This document shows, piece by piece, positions 37,471-48,800 of a stretch of 64,000 bases of DNA. The position numbers and the translations under genes are program-made. This stretch comes from a virus. Its lineage: Duplodnaviria > Caudoviricetes. Under the pieces are notes generated by a model that was not told the origin of the DNA, searched no databases, and saw only the letters and a list, made by a program, of their open reading frames with translations. The first letter of the stretch is position 1. The number at the start of each line of letters is the position of its first letter. The DNA is taken from the IMG/VR virus record IMGVR_UViG_3300024346_000006; one strand, given 5' to 3'.

Positions 37471-38961
37471 CTACTCAGAAATCTTAACTTCATGAATTTT
37501 GAAGTCAAATTTTTCTTCGTTATAAATATTTAGTCTTTCATAAAAGTGCCTCAGCGCAAAATTCATATGAGATTTGTATTTCATATCATCAGCGATATCA
37601 TATAAAACTGCACTTTCTTTATTGTTTCCTTTTCTTAACCCTCTTCCTATTGACTGAAGATTTCGAACACGACTTTTCGATGGGGATGTAAAAATTACGT
37701 TATGTAGATTACGAATATTGACACCAGTAGAAAATGTACCATAAGAAGCAACGATAATTGCGTTTTTCTCTTTTTCTGTAATTCTTCGTATTTCTTCTCT
37801 AATTTCTGCGTTAACTCCTCCATGTACGAAAAAGACTCTTCTGTTTTCATCTGCACTATCCTTCAACAAATTATGTAGTGGGATTCCATGTTTTTCCACA
37901 AAATTAAATAAGACAAGTGTATTGCCATTTAGATCTAGAACCAGATTCTTGATGAATTCATTTCTGCGATTATTTGTGACAATCCACTCCACTTCATCTG
38001 CGTATTTGACTCCCTTCATTTCCTTGCATATGTTCTCTGGATATTTTAGTACGATACACTTAATACTGAAGTCTGCAAGGGTTTTACTGTCGATTAGTTT
38101 TCTTGTGGTGGTAACTTGTTTTACATCACCAAACAATCCAGTCAGAACTAATTTATGCGTCTTACTTCCATCCAAAGTTCCAGTAGTTCCAAATCTATAT
38201 TTACAATCAGTGAGCCTGTCCATAATTTTGTTTAAAGAATTCGCCTTAAATAAGTGACACTCATCACCTATTACAACATTAAACTGATCCCAATAATCCC
38301 TAGGCATTTTGTAAATAGATTGCCATGTAGATATTACAACTTTCTTGTCGGTTTCTTTACTTTGTCCTTGGAATATTTTGTGGCAATATTTTTCTGCATT
38401 CCACCCATAGTCTGCAAAGTCAGAATACATCTGGGAAACCAGAGATGTTGTTGGCACAATTATCAATATTTTCTTTCCTTTTACATTAGGATGCATATTA
38501 TAAAATCTTACTAATGTGTATATAATCAGAGATTTTCCTGATGCAGTAGGAGAAAGAAGTAGTGCTCGATTGTAATCGATTGCATGTTTTATAGCATCAA
38601 GTTGATAGTCCCTATATTCAATCTTTTTCCCTTGACTATATGGGTCGATGTACTTACACAACTCTTGTAAATTGTTATCCGTAAAATTTGTGTCTGTTAA
38701 GTCATTTTCAAAAGAAAGTTCATATCCATTTTTATCACAGAAAAATTTCAACTGATTTAATAACCCAACATACAACTTACAATTAGTTGGATTAAACAAC
38801 CTGATTTTACCGTCCCAATACTTATTTTTGTATGCAGGCATAAATTCAGCGCCAGGAACTTTAAATGTGAAATATTCCACAAGTTCCTTTAACATGTGAA
38901 GTTCATCTGCGTCTACTTGTAAGTAAACTTCATTCAATTTGGCAGCATAAAATTTAGACAT
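37471..38961 (-). CDS. uvsW: SF2 DNA helicase UvsW
   Basis: WDGKIRLF, RDYQ, SPTASGKS, GDECH, GTTGT, QSIGRGLR; start re-assigned to 38961 (TAATG coupling). Confidence 0.96.
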   Translation of the reverse strand: MSKFYAAKLNEVYLQVDADELHMLKELVEYFTFKVPGAEFMPAYKNKYWDGKIRLFNPTNCKLYVGLLNQLKFFCDKNGYELSFENDLTDTNFTDNNLQELCKYIDPYSQGKKIEYRDYQLDAIKHAIDYNRALLLSPTASGKSLIIYTLVRFYNMHPNVKGKKILIIVPTTSLVSQMYSDFADYGWNAEKYCHKIFQGQSKETDKKVVISTWQSIYKMPRDYWDQFNVVIGDECHLFKANSLNKIMDRLTDCKYRFGTTGTLDGSKTHKLVLTGLFGDVKQVTTTRKLIDSKTLADFSIKCIVLKYPENICKEMKGVKYADEVEWIVTNNRRNEFIKNLVLDLNGNTLVLFNFVEKHGIPLHNLLKDSADENRRVFFVHGGVNAEIREEIRRITEKEKNAIIVASYGTFSTGVNIRNLHNVIFTSPSKSRVRNLQSIGRGLRKGNNKESAVLYDIADDMKYKSHMNFALRHFYERLNIYNEEKFDFKIHEVKISE

Positions 38962-39422
38962 TAATTGCCTTCTAACCACTTCTTCCAGTCGATATAATTT
39001 TTTATAGTCCACTTTTTCTGGTCTATTAATATGTCTAGTGTCTTACTAATTAAGTCTAAAATCTGATTTTGAAGTAAGACATTCTTTTTTAATTTTAAAA
39101 CGTCTGGATCACTATCCATCCAAGAACCTACATCAGATTTAAGGATTTTTGTTCCCTCTATCTGCCATCCTTTGGATATAATTTCGTCTTCAGACAGTTT
39201 ACCTGTATAGTACTTCATTTTATCTCCGACTAATTTTTTATAGTCGAGCTCGATAAACTGAAGTTTTGTCTGATTTACTTGTTGATAGGTCATCCACTTA
39301 CCGATTAGATTTTGATTGTGAACTAATTCATCTTCTAGTTTTAAAAAATCAATTTTAACGTCCTTTTCGGACTCTTTGGTAAGTTCTGCTATTTTTGATA
39401 ATAAGTTAGAGTATTCACTCAT
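38961..39422 (-). CDS. uvsY: Recombination mediator UvsY
   Basis: KYYTGK, KSDVGSWMDSD, WTIKNYIDWKK; adjacent to uvsW. Confidence 0.85.
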   Translation of the reverse strand: MSEYSNLLSKIAELTKESEKDVKIDFLKLEDELVHNQNLIGKWMTYQQVNQTKLQFIELDYKKLVGDKMKYYTGKLSEDEIISKGWQIEGTKILKSDVGSWMDSDPDVLKLKKNVLLQNQILDLISKTLDILIDQKKWTIKNYIDWKKWLEGN

Positions 39423-39447
39423 AATAAAAATCCATTCAATTAATAGT

Positions 39448-39455
39448 TATTTATA
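39448..39455 (-). promoter_or_regulatory. T4 late promoter (uvsY)
   Basis: TATAAATA overlapping the gp3 stop. Confidence 0.65.
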
Positions 39456-39963
39456 ATCGTTCCACCACATAGTTTCTGTATTGAAAATCTGCCTGAGCGA
39501 CTGGTGGGGCAGCTTCTGTTGCAGATGTTGTTAATGGTATGTCACCAATAGAAATTGGAAATGCGTCTTTGAATGTAACCTTAATGATTGGACGTTCTTG
39601 ATTATTGTTTACAAGAATTGTAAGGTCATCAAATACAGATTTCAAGTTGATTCTTTTTGCATTTTGGAAACTTCCATATTGTTGAAAATTTTCTGGGAAA
39701 CCAAGTGCAGTAATCCAATCGTAAACTTCTAACCAGTTTTTCATATCTTCGTCTACTGTAAATGAAATACCCAATGGAGAAAATATCAACTTATCTCCGG
39801 GCTCTTTTCTTGCAACGAATGGAGTTTCAGCAATCGCCTCACCCAACTGTATGCCTGGCAAAGTTAATTCTTGTACATATGGGCCTAATGATGGACACAT
39901 ATTACTATTAAATGTAAAGTTTTGTGTATTTAAAAAATTTACAGAATTTGTTACAAGATCCAT
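39451..39963 (-). CDS. gp3: Tail tube terminator/completion protein
   Basis: NFLNTQNF, LPGIQLG, FTVDEDMKNWLEVYDW, FKDAFPISI. Confidence 0.88.
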   Translation of the reverse strand: MDLVTNSVNFLNTQNFTFNSNMCPSLGPYVQELTLPGIQLGEAIAETPFVARKEPGDKLIFSPLGISFTVDEDMKNWLEVYDWITALGFPENFQQYGSFQNAKRINLKSVFDDLTILVNNNQERPIIKVTFKDAFPISIGDIPLTTSATEAAPPVAQADFQYRNYVVERL

Positions 39964-39994
39964 TATAATCTCCTCTTTACATAATATTTATGCC

Positions 39995-40023
39995 AAAAAA
40001 AAGGGGGAGTTAAACTCCCCCTA
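39995..40023 (-). terminator. Rho-independent terminator after major capsid gene
   Basis: AGGGGGAGT-TTA-ACTCCCCCT followed by T-run on minus strand. Confidence 0.88.
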
Positions 40024-40052
40024 AGTTCTATCAATCTAGTTTATAATTATTA

Positions 40053-41432
40053 TTATACAGAATTGATATTGTCTACACGGAAGATTCTGTAGTAGGTATT
40101 TGAACGAGCTGTAAGAGCACCGTTACCAACTGTTGTACCTTCTGCATATGGGTTAGCAACCAATCCATAACGAGTCTTGAACCCGATTTTTGGTTGGAAA
40201 CTGTTCTCACCAACTGCACGAACCATCTGCAATGGAACGTATGGGCAATAGAAGAATCCAGCATCATATGGAGATGTACCTCTGAATCCAACCATTACGA
40301 AGTCGGTATTGTTGGCAGACGAGAAGTATGGGTCAATGTATACTTTGAAACGTCCGTTAAGTATTCCAGCAAATGTCGAACCAGTGTCATCAACATTCAA
40401 ACCTGTTGACATTTGTGGGTTGTACTCAAGAAGACCTGCCATTGCAAGTGCGGAAGCAACGTCTGAAGAACAAACGATTACGTTACCCTTACCACGGCGA
40501 GTTTCTTTAGCAATTGTGTTTGCTTCTCTCTCAATGTGGAACATAAGTCCTTTGAACTTCTCAACACTCCAACGTCCGTCAGCGTCTGTTGCAAGGTCAT
40601 ATACACCTGTGTTAGTTACTTGAGTTTGAGCACCAAGTTTTGCGATACCGTACATTGTGCGAAGAACTTCACGGTTAATTTCTGCAGTAATTTCTGTAGA
40701 AAGAATTGTTGAAAGTTCTGCTTCTGCGTCAAGTCCATGAACCGCTTTCAAGTCTTGTGAAAGTTCAGTTGTGTACTCAGCTTTCAATGCTCTTGTTTTT
40801 GCGGTTACTGATACTCTCTCAATTGAGAATGCCATTTGGTTGAAGTGACCGTCTGCAGTCATTGTAGAACCGTTACCTAACAATTCACCCTGTGCAGTTG
40901 AGCCAGGAATACCAGTTGTTACTGTTGAACCAGTTTCATCCAATGAACCAGTAGCAATAACAGCACCAGCGAATGGATCTGTACCTGAGTGATTTGGTCC
41001 TGCAACATCACCAGAAAACTCTGTGTTTGCTTCATTGAATGATGCTTCTGCACCAGCCTGATTGGTATAACGTGAACGCATCGCAAAGATAAGTCCAGTT
41101 GGTCCTGTCATTGGTTGTACACCACAAAGGTCATATGCCATTAGGTTTGGCACGGTTCTACGAAGCATAGAAATGATGACTGGGTCTGCATACTGGATAT
41201 TACCAGCAGAAGAACCTGTTGGTGCAACACTTGTTGGTGATTCGTTAAGTTGATCCAAAGAAGAACGTCCTAAGGCGTTTTCTTTGATTGTGGCTTGTTC
41301 TGTATTCTCAAGAAGAATAGCAGTTACTGCCTTTCTGTATGGGTCTGTGATCTCGGCATGTTCACCATGGTCAAGAACGGGTGCCCACTTTTCTTTTAAT
41401 TGTTGAACAAAGTTCTCGTTATAGTCGTGCAT
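40053..41432 (-). CDS. gp23: Major capsid protein
   Basis: KWAPVLD, GVQPMTGPTGLIFAMR, RALKAEYTTELSQDLKAVHGLDAE, FYCPYVPL, FKTRYG. Confidence 0.99.
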   Translation of the reverse strand: MHDYNENFVQQLKEKWAPVLDHGEHAEITDPYRKAVTAILLENTEQATIKENALGRSSLDQLNESPTSVAPTGSSAGNIQYADPVIISMLRRTVPNLMAYDLCGVQPMTGPTGLIFAMRSRYTNQAGAEASFNEANTEFSGDVAGPNHSGTDPFAGAVIATGSLDETGSTVTTGIPGSTAQGELLGNGSTMTADGHFNQMAFSIERVSVTAKTRALKAEYTTELSQDLKAVHGLDAEAELSTILSTEITAEINREVLRTMYGIAKLGAQTQVTNTGVYDLATDADGRWSVEKFKGLMFHIEREANTIAKETRRGKGNVIVCSSDVASALAMAGLLEYNPQMSTGLNVDDTGSTFAGILNGRFKVYIDPYFSSANNTDFVMVGFRGTSPYDAGFFYCPYVPLQMVRAVGENSFQPKIGFKTRYGLVANPYAEGTTVGNGALTARSNTYYRIFRVDNINSV

Positions 41433-41471
41433 TTTTTTCTCCTTAAATAGATAATGTTGTTTCTATAATAT

Positions 41472-41479
41472 TATTTATA
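41472..41479 (-). promoter_or_regulatory. T4 late promoter (gp23)
   Basis: TATAAATA. Confidence 0.8.
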
Positions 41480-41484
41480 AAATT

Positions 41485-42606
41485 TTAATCTTTAGGTTTA
41501 TTTAGTGCTTTCGCATAAATATCCATAACCGATTGAAATTTATTTTCCTCTTTAACCACTGGCGAATCCTCTACAGAAGTTTCTAATGCACTCTCAGCGA
41601 GAATACTTTCGCTTTCCACACTTGTTCCAGATGGAAAATAATTATCTCTGATCAATGTAATCTTATTTCTCATATCGCCGGCGTCCACGAAATCGACACT
41701 TTCAGTAAGTGTTCTTACTTTTTCAGATTGTGAAACTGTAAGTCCTTCTGTCACTTCCTTTAGAATGATTTCGGTCTCTAGAGATTCAATTTTCTGTACC
41801 AATTCAATATTCCTTTGAATTGACTCATCCAATTTTGTCTCTTTTTCGTCAAGAGAAGATAATGCATCCCCATAAAGGTCAATTTTATCTTCTGGTACAT
41901 CAACATAGTTTTCCTCAAACAGAGTTTTGAGTCCTGACATGAAGTTTTCCATAACTTCTAATTTCAGTTTGTTTTCAACGGCGAGTTTATTTTCTTCAAC
42001 CCACTCTTTAGCGACATAAGTAAGATACTCATTCACTTTTTCAGAAATATCTTCACGGATATGAGAAACTTCTTCATGAAGTTCTTTTTCATAATCTTCA
42101 TACATTTTTTCCAACTGTTCGTTTACTTTAGCAACTACAGCTGCTTCGAAAATGGTTTTAACTTGTGACTGGAATTCTTCAGTTAGTTCTTGTCCAGCAA
42201 GCATAGCATCAACATCTTCTTTGACATCGATATCTTCTTTAGCAACCTTATAAGAAGCATTCATTTTTTTCTTAGGAGATTCTTTGACTTCTTCTTCGTC
42301 ATCTTCCTCTTCATCACCATGCATATCTTCTTTCTTAGATGACTCGGATTTTTCATCTTCTTCGTCATCTTCGTCATCTGCCATTTCTTTCTTAGAAGAT
42401 TTGGACTCTTTCTTTACTGATTCTTCAGCTTCGTCCTCTTCTTCTTCGTCTTCATGGGCATCTTCCTTTTTAGAAGCTTTTGCCTCAACGACAGTTTCTT
42501 GATCTTCTTGAAGTTCGTTAATTACTTCTTCTACCTGAGAATCAATCTCTTCGGTTTCTGAAGCAACAACTTCTTCAATCATATCTTCGTTTTTTAAATC
42601 TTCCAT
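41485..42606 (-). CDS. gp22: Prohead core scaffold protein
   Basis: Acidic; IFEAAV, YLTYVAKEWVEENKLA, NKITLIRDNYF. Confidence 0.93.
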   Translation of the reverse strand: MEDLKNEDMIEEVVASETEEIDSQVEEVINELQEDQETVVEAKASKKEDAHEDEEEEDEAEESVKKESKSSKKEMADDEDDEEDEKSESSKKEDMHGDEEEDDEEEVKESPKKKMNASYKVAKEDIDVKEDVDAMLAGQELTEEFQSQVKTIFEAAVVAKVNEQLEKMYEDYEKELHEEVSHIREDISEKVNEYLTYVAKEWVEENKLAVENKLKLEVMENFMSGLKTLFEENYVDVPEDKIDLYGDALSSLDEKETKLDESIQRNIELVQKIESLETEIILKEVTEGLTVSQSEKVRTLTESVDFVDAGDMRNKITLIRDNYFPSGTSVESESILAESALETSVEDSPVVKEENKFQSVMDIYAKALNKPKD

Positions 42607-42637
42607 TTTATTTCTCCTTAGAGTTTTAATTTATATT

Positions 42638-42645
42638 TATTTATA
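42638..42645 (-). promoter_or_regulatory. T4 late promoter (gp22)
   Basis: TATAAATA. Confidence 0.75.
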
Positions 42646-42649
42646 ATAT

Positions 42650-43285
42650 TTAAAGTTTTGACACAAAATTTTTGAAAACTCTCAGTTTTGTTTCTTCTAA
42701 TTGTTGCCTTTTGGCCTTTTTAAGAGAGTCTTGGTATTCTGCAATTTGAGCTTCTTTAATAATACCGTTGTCCCAAACCCACTCTCTACCTTCCATAATA
42801 CCTTCTACAAATGCATTGGGTGCGGAAGGGTCTGCAACAATGTCAGCAGCAGTTGCAAGATAAAAGTCATCTTGAACAACATTTGCACCACCTGACTGTT
42901 TTACACTACCCATACCTCTAGAAGAAACACCTAAAGATGCACCTTCTTTGATGAGGTTGCTAACGATAGCACCATAAGGAGTATCAGTCATAATTTTTGC
43001 TTTACCAACAAAGTTATCACCATCTCTCTTAAGTTCTTTAATCATATGGGAAACTCTTTCCAGATTGATAGTTGGGCCTTCTGGGTGTCCAAGTTCTCCA
43101 AATGCTCTATTTTTTTGAATGTAGTTTTCATTATATCTTTGAACTTCTCTTTCGAGAACTTCTGTAGGATACACTCTACCATTTCTATTTTTGACATTTG
43201 ATTGTAAGAAAATGCCTTCAATGAAAAGGTCTTTTCCTTTGGATTCTACCAGAATGTCTTCAACTACTTCCGTAATTAGTTTCAT
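42650..43285 (-). CDS. gp21: Prohead protease
   Basis: MKLITE, NRNGRVYP, GELGHP, GVSSRGMGS, DIVADPSAPNA. Confidence 0.97.
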   Translation of the reverse strand: MKLITEVVEDILVESKGKDLFIEGIFLQSNVKNRNGRVYPTEVLEREVQRYNENYIQKNRAFGELGHPEGPTINLERVSHMIKELKRDGDNFVGKAKIMTDTPYGAIVSNLIKEGASLGVSSRGMGSVKQSGGANVVQDDFYLATAADIVADPSAPNAFVEGIMEGREWVWDNGIIKEAQIAEYQDSLKKAKRQQLEETKLRVFKNFVSKL

Positions 43286-43548
43286 ATTCCTGTCCTTCTT
43301 TGAAGTGATCTTCTTCTACGGAGATTTGCAATATTAACCTTGCCTTTTCTTTTCCTTGCGGAACGAGTGTTTCTAATACTCATTTTTCGCAGAGCGCCTG
43401 GATTAATCTTGACCTCTCTCTTGTTAATTACTTTATAACCGGCCTTATCAGACACATATTTAATTTTTCTTTTACCTTTTCTGATGACTATTTTTCTTTT
43501 GACTGCTTCGTCAAGGTCATCTTCCAAGAATTCTAAAAAAGAATGCAT
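43282..43548 (-). CDS. gp68: Prohead core protein gp68-like
   Basis: Basic, position before gp21; leader MHSFLEFLEDDLDE|A. Confidence 0.7.
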   Translation of the reverse strand: MHSFLEFLEDDLDEAVKRKIVIRKGKRKIKYVSDKAGYKVINKREVKINPGALRKMSIRNTRSARKRKGKVNIANLRRRRSLQRRTGI

Positions 43549-43567
43549 CTTTTAAACCCTTTAATAT

Positions 43568-43771
43568 TTATTCTTCACCATCAACATCACTATATGCAGG
43601 ATTGTTAAACATTGTTTTTGCAAAATCCTGCTTATAACTATTGATTGCTTCCTGTCTCTTTACGTTAAGTACTGATTTAATATCATCAGTAACAACGGAC
43701 GCTTTTCCTAAAACAGAATTATCTACAATGTCTATTGTTATATTATTTATATTATCTTCATTCTCTGTCAT
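43568..43771 (-). CDS. gp67: Prohead core protein gp67-like
   Basis: Small acidic ORF directly after portal gene. Confidence 0.6.
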   Translation of the reverse strand: MTENEDNINNITIDIVDNSVLGKASVVTDDIKSVLNVKRQEAINSYKQDFAKTMFNNPAYSDVDGEE

Positions 43772-45274
43772 TTAAAAACCCTCATCTTCTTTTGGTTTAC
43801 TGTAAAACGGATCATCCGCCTCTTTCGTAATTTCATCTTTCATATTTTTAATTTCTTCGTCACTGAGTTTTAAAACATTTCTTTGTACCCAAGTGTTAGA
43901 ATAGTATTTACCAATTTGATCTGCCATCTCACCAGCAAGTGCAATTCTATCTCTAATCATTTCAGAATTTTTAATTTCTGAATAATACGAATCTTGTGTA
44001 AAATCAAAAATCAATTCTTGTGATATTGATTTCCACTCTTCTGATGTAATAACACCCTTCAAAATCAATTGTGTCTTAAGTAAATCGAAAAATAAATTAC
44101 TAAACTGATTTCTAATTCTAACAATAAATCTATTAAATTTATATTCATCTCTAGAAATTTCTGTCGCTCTTCCCAATGCAAGAGACTGATCTGATTCTAA
44201 TCTAGATGCAGGAACATTTAAAGATTTATATAACTTTTTCTGGAAGTATAGTACATCTTCCATTTCCCCCAGATTTGTTCCGCCAGGCAGAGTCTCAATT
44301 TCTGTCCCTCTACCACCTTCTCTTCTAGGGAACCAAAAATCTTCTAACATAGACATATGTTTGCGTTCATCTTTGATTTCACCAGTAGATGAATCATATG
44401 CAACTTTATTTTTATATCTATTCATAATGTCGGAGATATATTGTTCTGCCTTCAATTTAGGAAGATTACCTACATCAATATAGAAAACTCTTCTTTCTGG
44501 CGCTCTTGTCCATCTATATATTACTACGGAATCTTCCACCATTTTCAGTTGATTCAATGCCTTGATTGCTTTATGTAGATATCCAATTGTATAATTTCTT
44601 TTGGCATCTTTTAGTCCAGAACTCACATATGCAATCGCATCAGGAGAAATGGGAATACCTGAAGTTTTATCTGCACCATTAATGATACCCTTATCATTAT
44701 ACAAATAAAATTCTTTTACTGATTTGATTAATGTTGGCCCACCAGGCTTTTCGTCTTTTTCTATTTCTTTGACTTTTTTGATAGTGCGTGGGTCTATTTT
44801 TCTGAGTTCTTTAATACCTTCTTTTGGTTTATTCTCATCAATAATAATGTGAAAATAAAGTCTTCCATCTACATACCAAGAACGAAAGATATCGTATCCT
44901 TGATTTTTAAAATCAAGAATATTTAGAATGTTAGTGAATTCTTCTGTGATTTTGGTTTTTACAGTTTCTGATTGCTTAAGATTTTTAGTTAATAATTTGA
45001 CTGGATAATCATCCGTTTCATTAACTATTGCTTCAGAAACAATATCGTCAATTGCAACCTCAACTTCTGGATAGATTGACATATCTCTATATCTATCAAT
45101 AAGTTCTTGATCGCTTCTTGCGGTATTTTCTAAATTTAAAAATGTACTGTAAAAATTTGAAGAAACCTCTAGGGCGTCTTCATCATTCGTCCCACTTGGT
45201 GGGACGAATGATTTAAGATTTTTGTTTTCATCTCCTGTTTTTAGAAGAGTGAAGCCAAATAATTTAATTTCCAT
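43772..45274 (-). CDS. gp20: Portal protein
   Basis: WYVDGRLY, RAPERRVFYIDVGNLPK, EDFWFPRREGGRGTEI, LNVPASRL. Confidence 0.98.
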   Translation of the reverse strand: MEIKLFGFTLLKTGDENKNLKSFVPPSGTNDEDALEVSSNFYSTFLNLENTARSDQELIDRYRDMSIYPEVEVAIDDIVSEAIVNETDDYPVKLLTKNLKQSETVKTKITEEFTNILNILDFKNQGYDIFRSWYVDGRLYFHIIIDENKPKEGIKELRKIDPRTIKKVKEIEKDEKPGGPTLIKSVKEFYLYNDKGIINGADKTSGIPISPDAIAYVSSGLKDAKRNYTIGYLHKAIKALNQLKMVEDSVVIYRWTRAPERRVFYIDVGNLPKLKAEQYISDIMNRYKNKVAYDSSTGEIKDERKHMSMLEDFWFPRREGGRGTEIETLPGGTNLGEMEDVLYFQKKLYKSLNVPASRLESDQSLALGRATEISRDEYKFNRFIVRIRNQFSNLFFDLLKTQLILKGVITSEEWKSISQELIFDFTQDSYYSEIKNSEMIRDRIALAGEMADQIGKYYSNTWVQRNVLKLSDEEIKNMKDEITKEADDPFYSKPKEDEGF

Positions 45275-45302
45275 ACTATATCCAACTCTTTAATTATTTA
45301 AA

Positions 45303-45851
45303 TTAAGAAGTTACAACGTTATCGTGCTGCCAATAGTCATATGCGAATGTTGCTGTAAATTCTTCCAACTGATCGTTTGCGTCCCAAGAAAGTTCTACTG
45401 CACCAAGTTCGGTTGGGAATAACCCTCTAAACTCGTAACGAGCAATAATGCTTCCTTGTCCATCTTTACCGTAGTGTTCTACAAATGCGTTTGATTTGTA
45501 TGCGGCAAGAGAATTTGATGCAAACTGTTGTGTATTCAAGTTATGTTGATTGATTGCGTTCATCCACTGTTCCAGAGAATTTCTTACACCAAACTCTTCA
45601 GTATTGATGACAGTAACAGTCCATGGTTCAAATGTTCTATTACCAGCAACCCTTACCTGTCTACCAAAGTAAGGAACATCAATCTGAGCGATTGTTGAAG
45701 AAGGAATCTGAGCAGCTCTTACAACGAATGCAAGTTCTGTTGGGGCGGCAGCGCCTACCCCAGCAGGAAAATTCATTCTAACTCTAAATAAGTTAGGACG
45801 AGCGCCACCATCTGCAAAGTTTGACTTAAATTGTTCTATGTTGAATGCCAT
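45303..45851 (-). CDS. gp19: Tail tube protein
   Basis: GGARPNLF, AAQIPSS, AGNRTFEPWTVTV, EEFTATFAYDYW. Confidence 0.96.
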   Translation of the reverse strand: MAFNIEQFKSNFADGGARPNLFRVRMNFPAGVGAAAPTELAFVVRAAQIPSSTIAQIDVPYFGRQVRVAGNRTFEPWTVTVINTEEFGVRNSLEQWMNAINQHNLNTQQFASNSLAAYKSNAFVEHYGKDGQGSIIARYEFRGLFPTELGAVELSWDANDQLEEFTATFAYDYWQHDNVVTS

Positions 45852-45877
45852 TGTTTATTTTCTCCTGTTTTCTGATC

Positions 45878-45885
45878 TATTTATA
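45878..45885 (-). promoter_or_regulatory. T4 late promoter (gp19)
   Basis: TATAAATA. Confidence 0.75.
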
Positions 45886-48800
45886 TTAAACTGCACCAAC
45901 AATTTCATCAAAATCAACACCAGTTCTAACTGCAACAAAGTTGAGTTGAATGAAGTTGATCGATCTTGCAGGTTTGATGTAGATATCACCCACGAATTGA
46001 TTCTGATCAATCACTTCGGCAGTGTTGTTTGTTTCATCACAAACTACTCTGAAGTCGTAAATACCTCTTCTTCCTTGCACTTCACGCAAGAATGGTTCAA
46101 TAAGAGAAGTAAACTGTGATCTAGTGAACTCATCATTGAACTCAAACAGAGTGAACTTGGCAGCGGCAGCAATAGACTTTTCAAGTACAATAAACAATCT
46201 TCTAACATTGATTCTACTAAATGCAGAACTCTTGGTAGTGAATGTCTTATCACCAAATAATACTGTTCCCTGTCCAGAGAAGTTAACGACTGGATTAATT
46301 GCATTTTTATACAATGAATCTCTGTCTGCTTTGTCTTGTGTTTGAAGTGTTTTAACAACATTCTTGATATTACCACGGTTAAATCCAGCAGGAGAATACC
46401 ATGCATCTCTTTCTTGTTCACTTCTAACCATCAAACCAGCAACATCCCCGTTGAATGGAACCCAACGGAACTTGTCGGCGTACTTATCATACTGATATTT
46501 ATAGTTCGAATCTACAAATGCATAATTGTTTGAACCAACACTTCTCCAGAATGCGATTTGTGCCTCTGAACTTCTTGCATTTGCATCAGTAACTACATCT
46601 GAATACCTTGGAGACAGACATGCAACTGTGTCTTTTCTGTCAGAAGCGACTTGAATAAGTTTTGCAGCTGCAGCTCTTGCAGCATCTACACTAGATGCGA
46701 TTTCAAGTGCTTCACCAGCAAGTAGGAATGCGATATCAACATTTTCTGAATCAGAGAATAAATCTGTTCCATTAGAGAAACCGCCAGTAGTAGGTGCGAT
46801 TCCATTTCTACCGTTTCCAAACTCTCTATCAACATATTGTTCTGCACCACTTGCGGAACCTGTTGTGTTAAGTCTTGCAAAACTTTTCTTTGATAGTGTA
46901 ATATCTTGACCCCAATCGGTAGTACCTGTTGGGTGGTTAAGAACATAAACATACTTAGACAAATTGTTAATACGGTCAACATAATAGATGTTTGTACCAT
47001 CTTCAGTCTTACCGTTACTTGCCTTTGACATGTTTTCTAAAACTTCTACTACTGTTTCACCAGCAGGAGACAACTCAGTAACAACAATAGAAACACCCTG
47101 TGCATCGTTGGTTACTGGGTCAACAGTATTATCAGAAGCAGTTGGAGCGCCACTAAGAACTGCAGCGACTGATGGTTCGTTGAGTACAAAATTATCATAC
47201 GAAGATTCGTCTACAAGATAAACTTTGTATCTGTTACCAACAGCACCAGAATCTTTAAATGCAAATTCGTGTCCACTGAATGCAGCGTTACCAAATCCAA
47301 GTGCATCAAATGCATTTTTATTTGGAAGATATACTGTTGTGTTAAATGTATATGTTGTTTCTTCTGGTAAGTTTGTTCTTACAACGATGGCATCACCACC
47401 AGCAGGAGCAGTCGCAAACAAGATTCTTGTTCTACTTCCAACTAAACTATATCCATTAGTTGCAGCACCTTCTGCGTATGGAACACCATTAACAGTAACT
47501 TCTACAGTTTGTGCTGCAGTAACCGCTTGTCCAAGTGTAAATGAACGTCTTGCAGGGACAGTAATAGTTACTGATTCACCTGTAAGTGGAGCATTTGAAA
47601 TGAAAGTGAAATCTGCACTGTTTGCAGCAATTGTAAAGTCTGTAGATGCGTACACACCGTCAACATCATTTGTTGCAGCAATAGATTGATTTTCTACTGC
47701 ATATGTACCCGGCGCATTTGTCAATGTAAACACAGTTTGTTGTGCAACATTGATTACAATTACATCGTTTGCATCTGCGAACAATTTAATTGCAGTATTT
47801 GCAGGAGCAGCTGCAGTTGCAGTATTTTCAAACTCATCTGGCATATACCAAACTTTGTAGATGTCACCACCAGCAGTACTTGGTGAAATTGTATCTACCG
47901 AAATATCAACAGCAGCACCAGCGGTATTTGCTTGGAAGTCGAAAGTTGCAGCAAGTCCGATTGTTGCGGAATTAACAGATGCAACATAATAAATTGTTCC
48001 GCCAGTAAGACCTACTGCAGCACCACCATTTTCAATGTAGATGACTGCATCACCAACTTGGAAACCATGATCTGCGTTATCTAAAGTAACAGTATCGTTT
48101 GTGTCTGAAGTTAATGTAATACCACCACCATATTTTTGGAAGTAGTACCCCACACCAACTCCGTCACCATTATATGTACCAGCATCGGCGATTTCTGCGT
48201 CAGAAACTCTGTCGTATACTGGATAGTAAAAACCAGAACCAAGATTTGTTGTTGTAGCACTAACTGCGGCACCATCCGATGAATGGATGTAATATGGCCC
48301 AGAGTTTGCTGTCTGTCCAACTGCCGTTTCAAATGTAATTGACTGTCCAGATAGAGAGTAACGTGCTGTTGGAACAAGTCCACCAGAAGTTTCGTTTATA
48401 CCTCTTACAGAAACTTGCACATCTGTTCCAGAAAGAACACGAACTGGAGTATCAGTTCCAGTTGCAGAACCAGAACTAGTAACTAATGCATTGCCAACAT
48501 CCTGTCTTGGTAAAAGATAGTTTCCTGCACTATCTGCAGTTGTGTGCATATCAATACTTGCAGTTGGTGCAGTGGTGTCAACTGTATGGCTGAAAGCCTG
48601 TGCAGATGAACCAAATACTGTATCAGTTGTTGAAGACTGTCCAGTAAAATTATCTGTTCTTGCAGTTGCAATAGTTGCAGCAGCAATACCAGATATTGCG
48701 TTTTTAATTCTATTTGCGTCATTTGAATCATCATCATTCGCAACTCTAACAACTTTCAATGAATTTGAATATGAAAGGAAGTTAGCCGCCGTGAACCATG

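Noticed and set aside
39963-40053. Absence of gp24 vertex gene after gp23
   Set aside because: Usual arrangement in marine T4-like phages, and the gene could lie outside the window.
42240-42520. Acidic low-complexity repeats in gp22
   Set aside because: Typical of T4-like scaffold proteins with multiple gp21 sites; not unusual.
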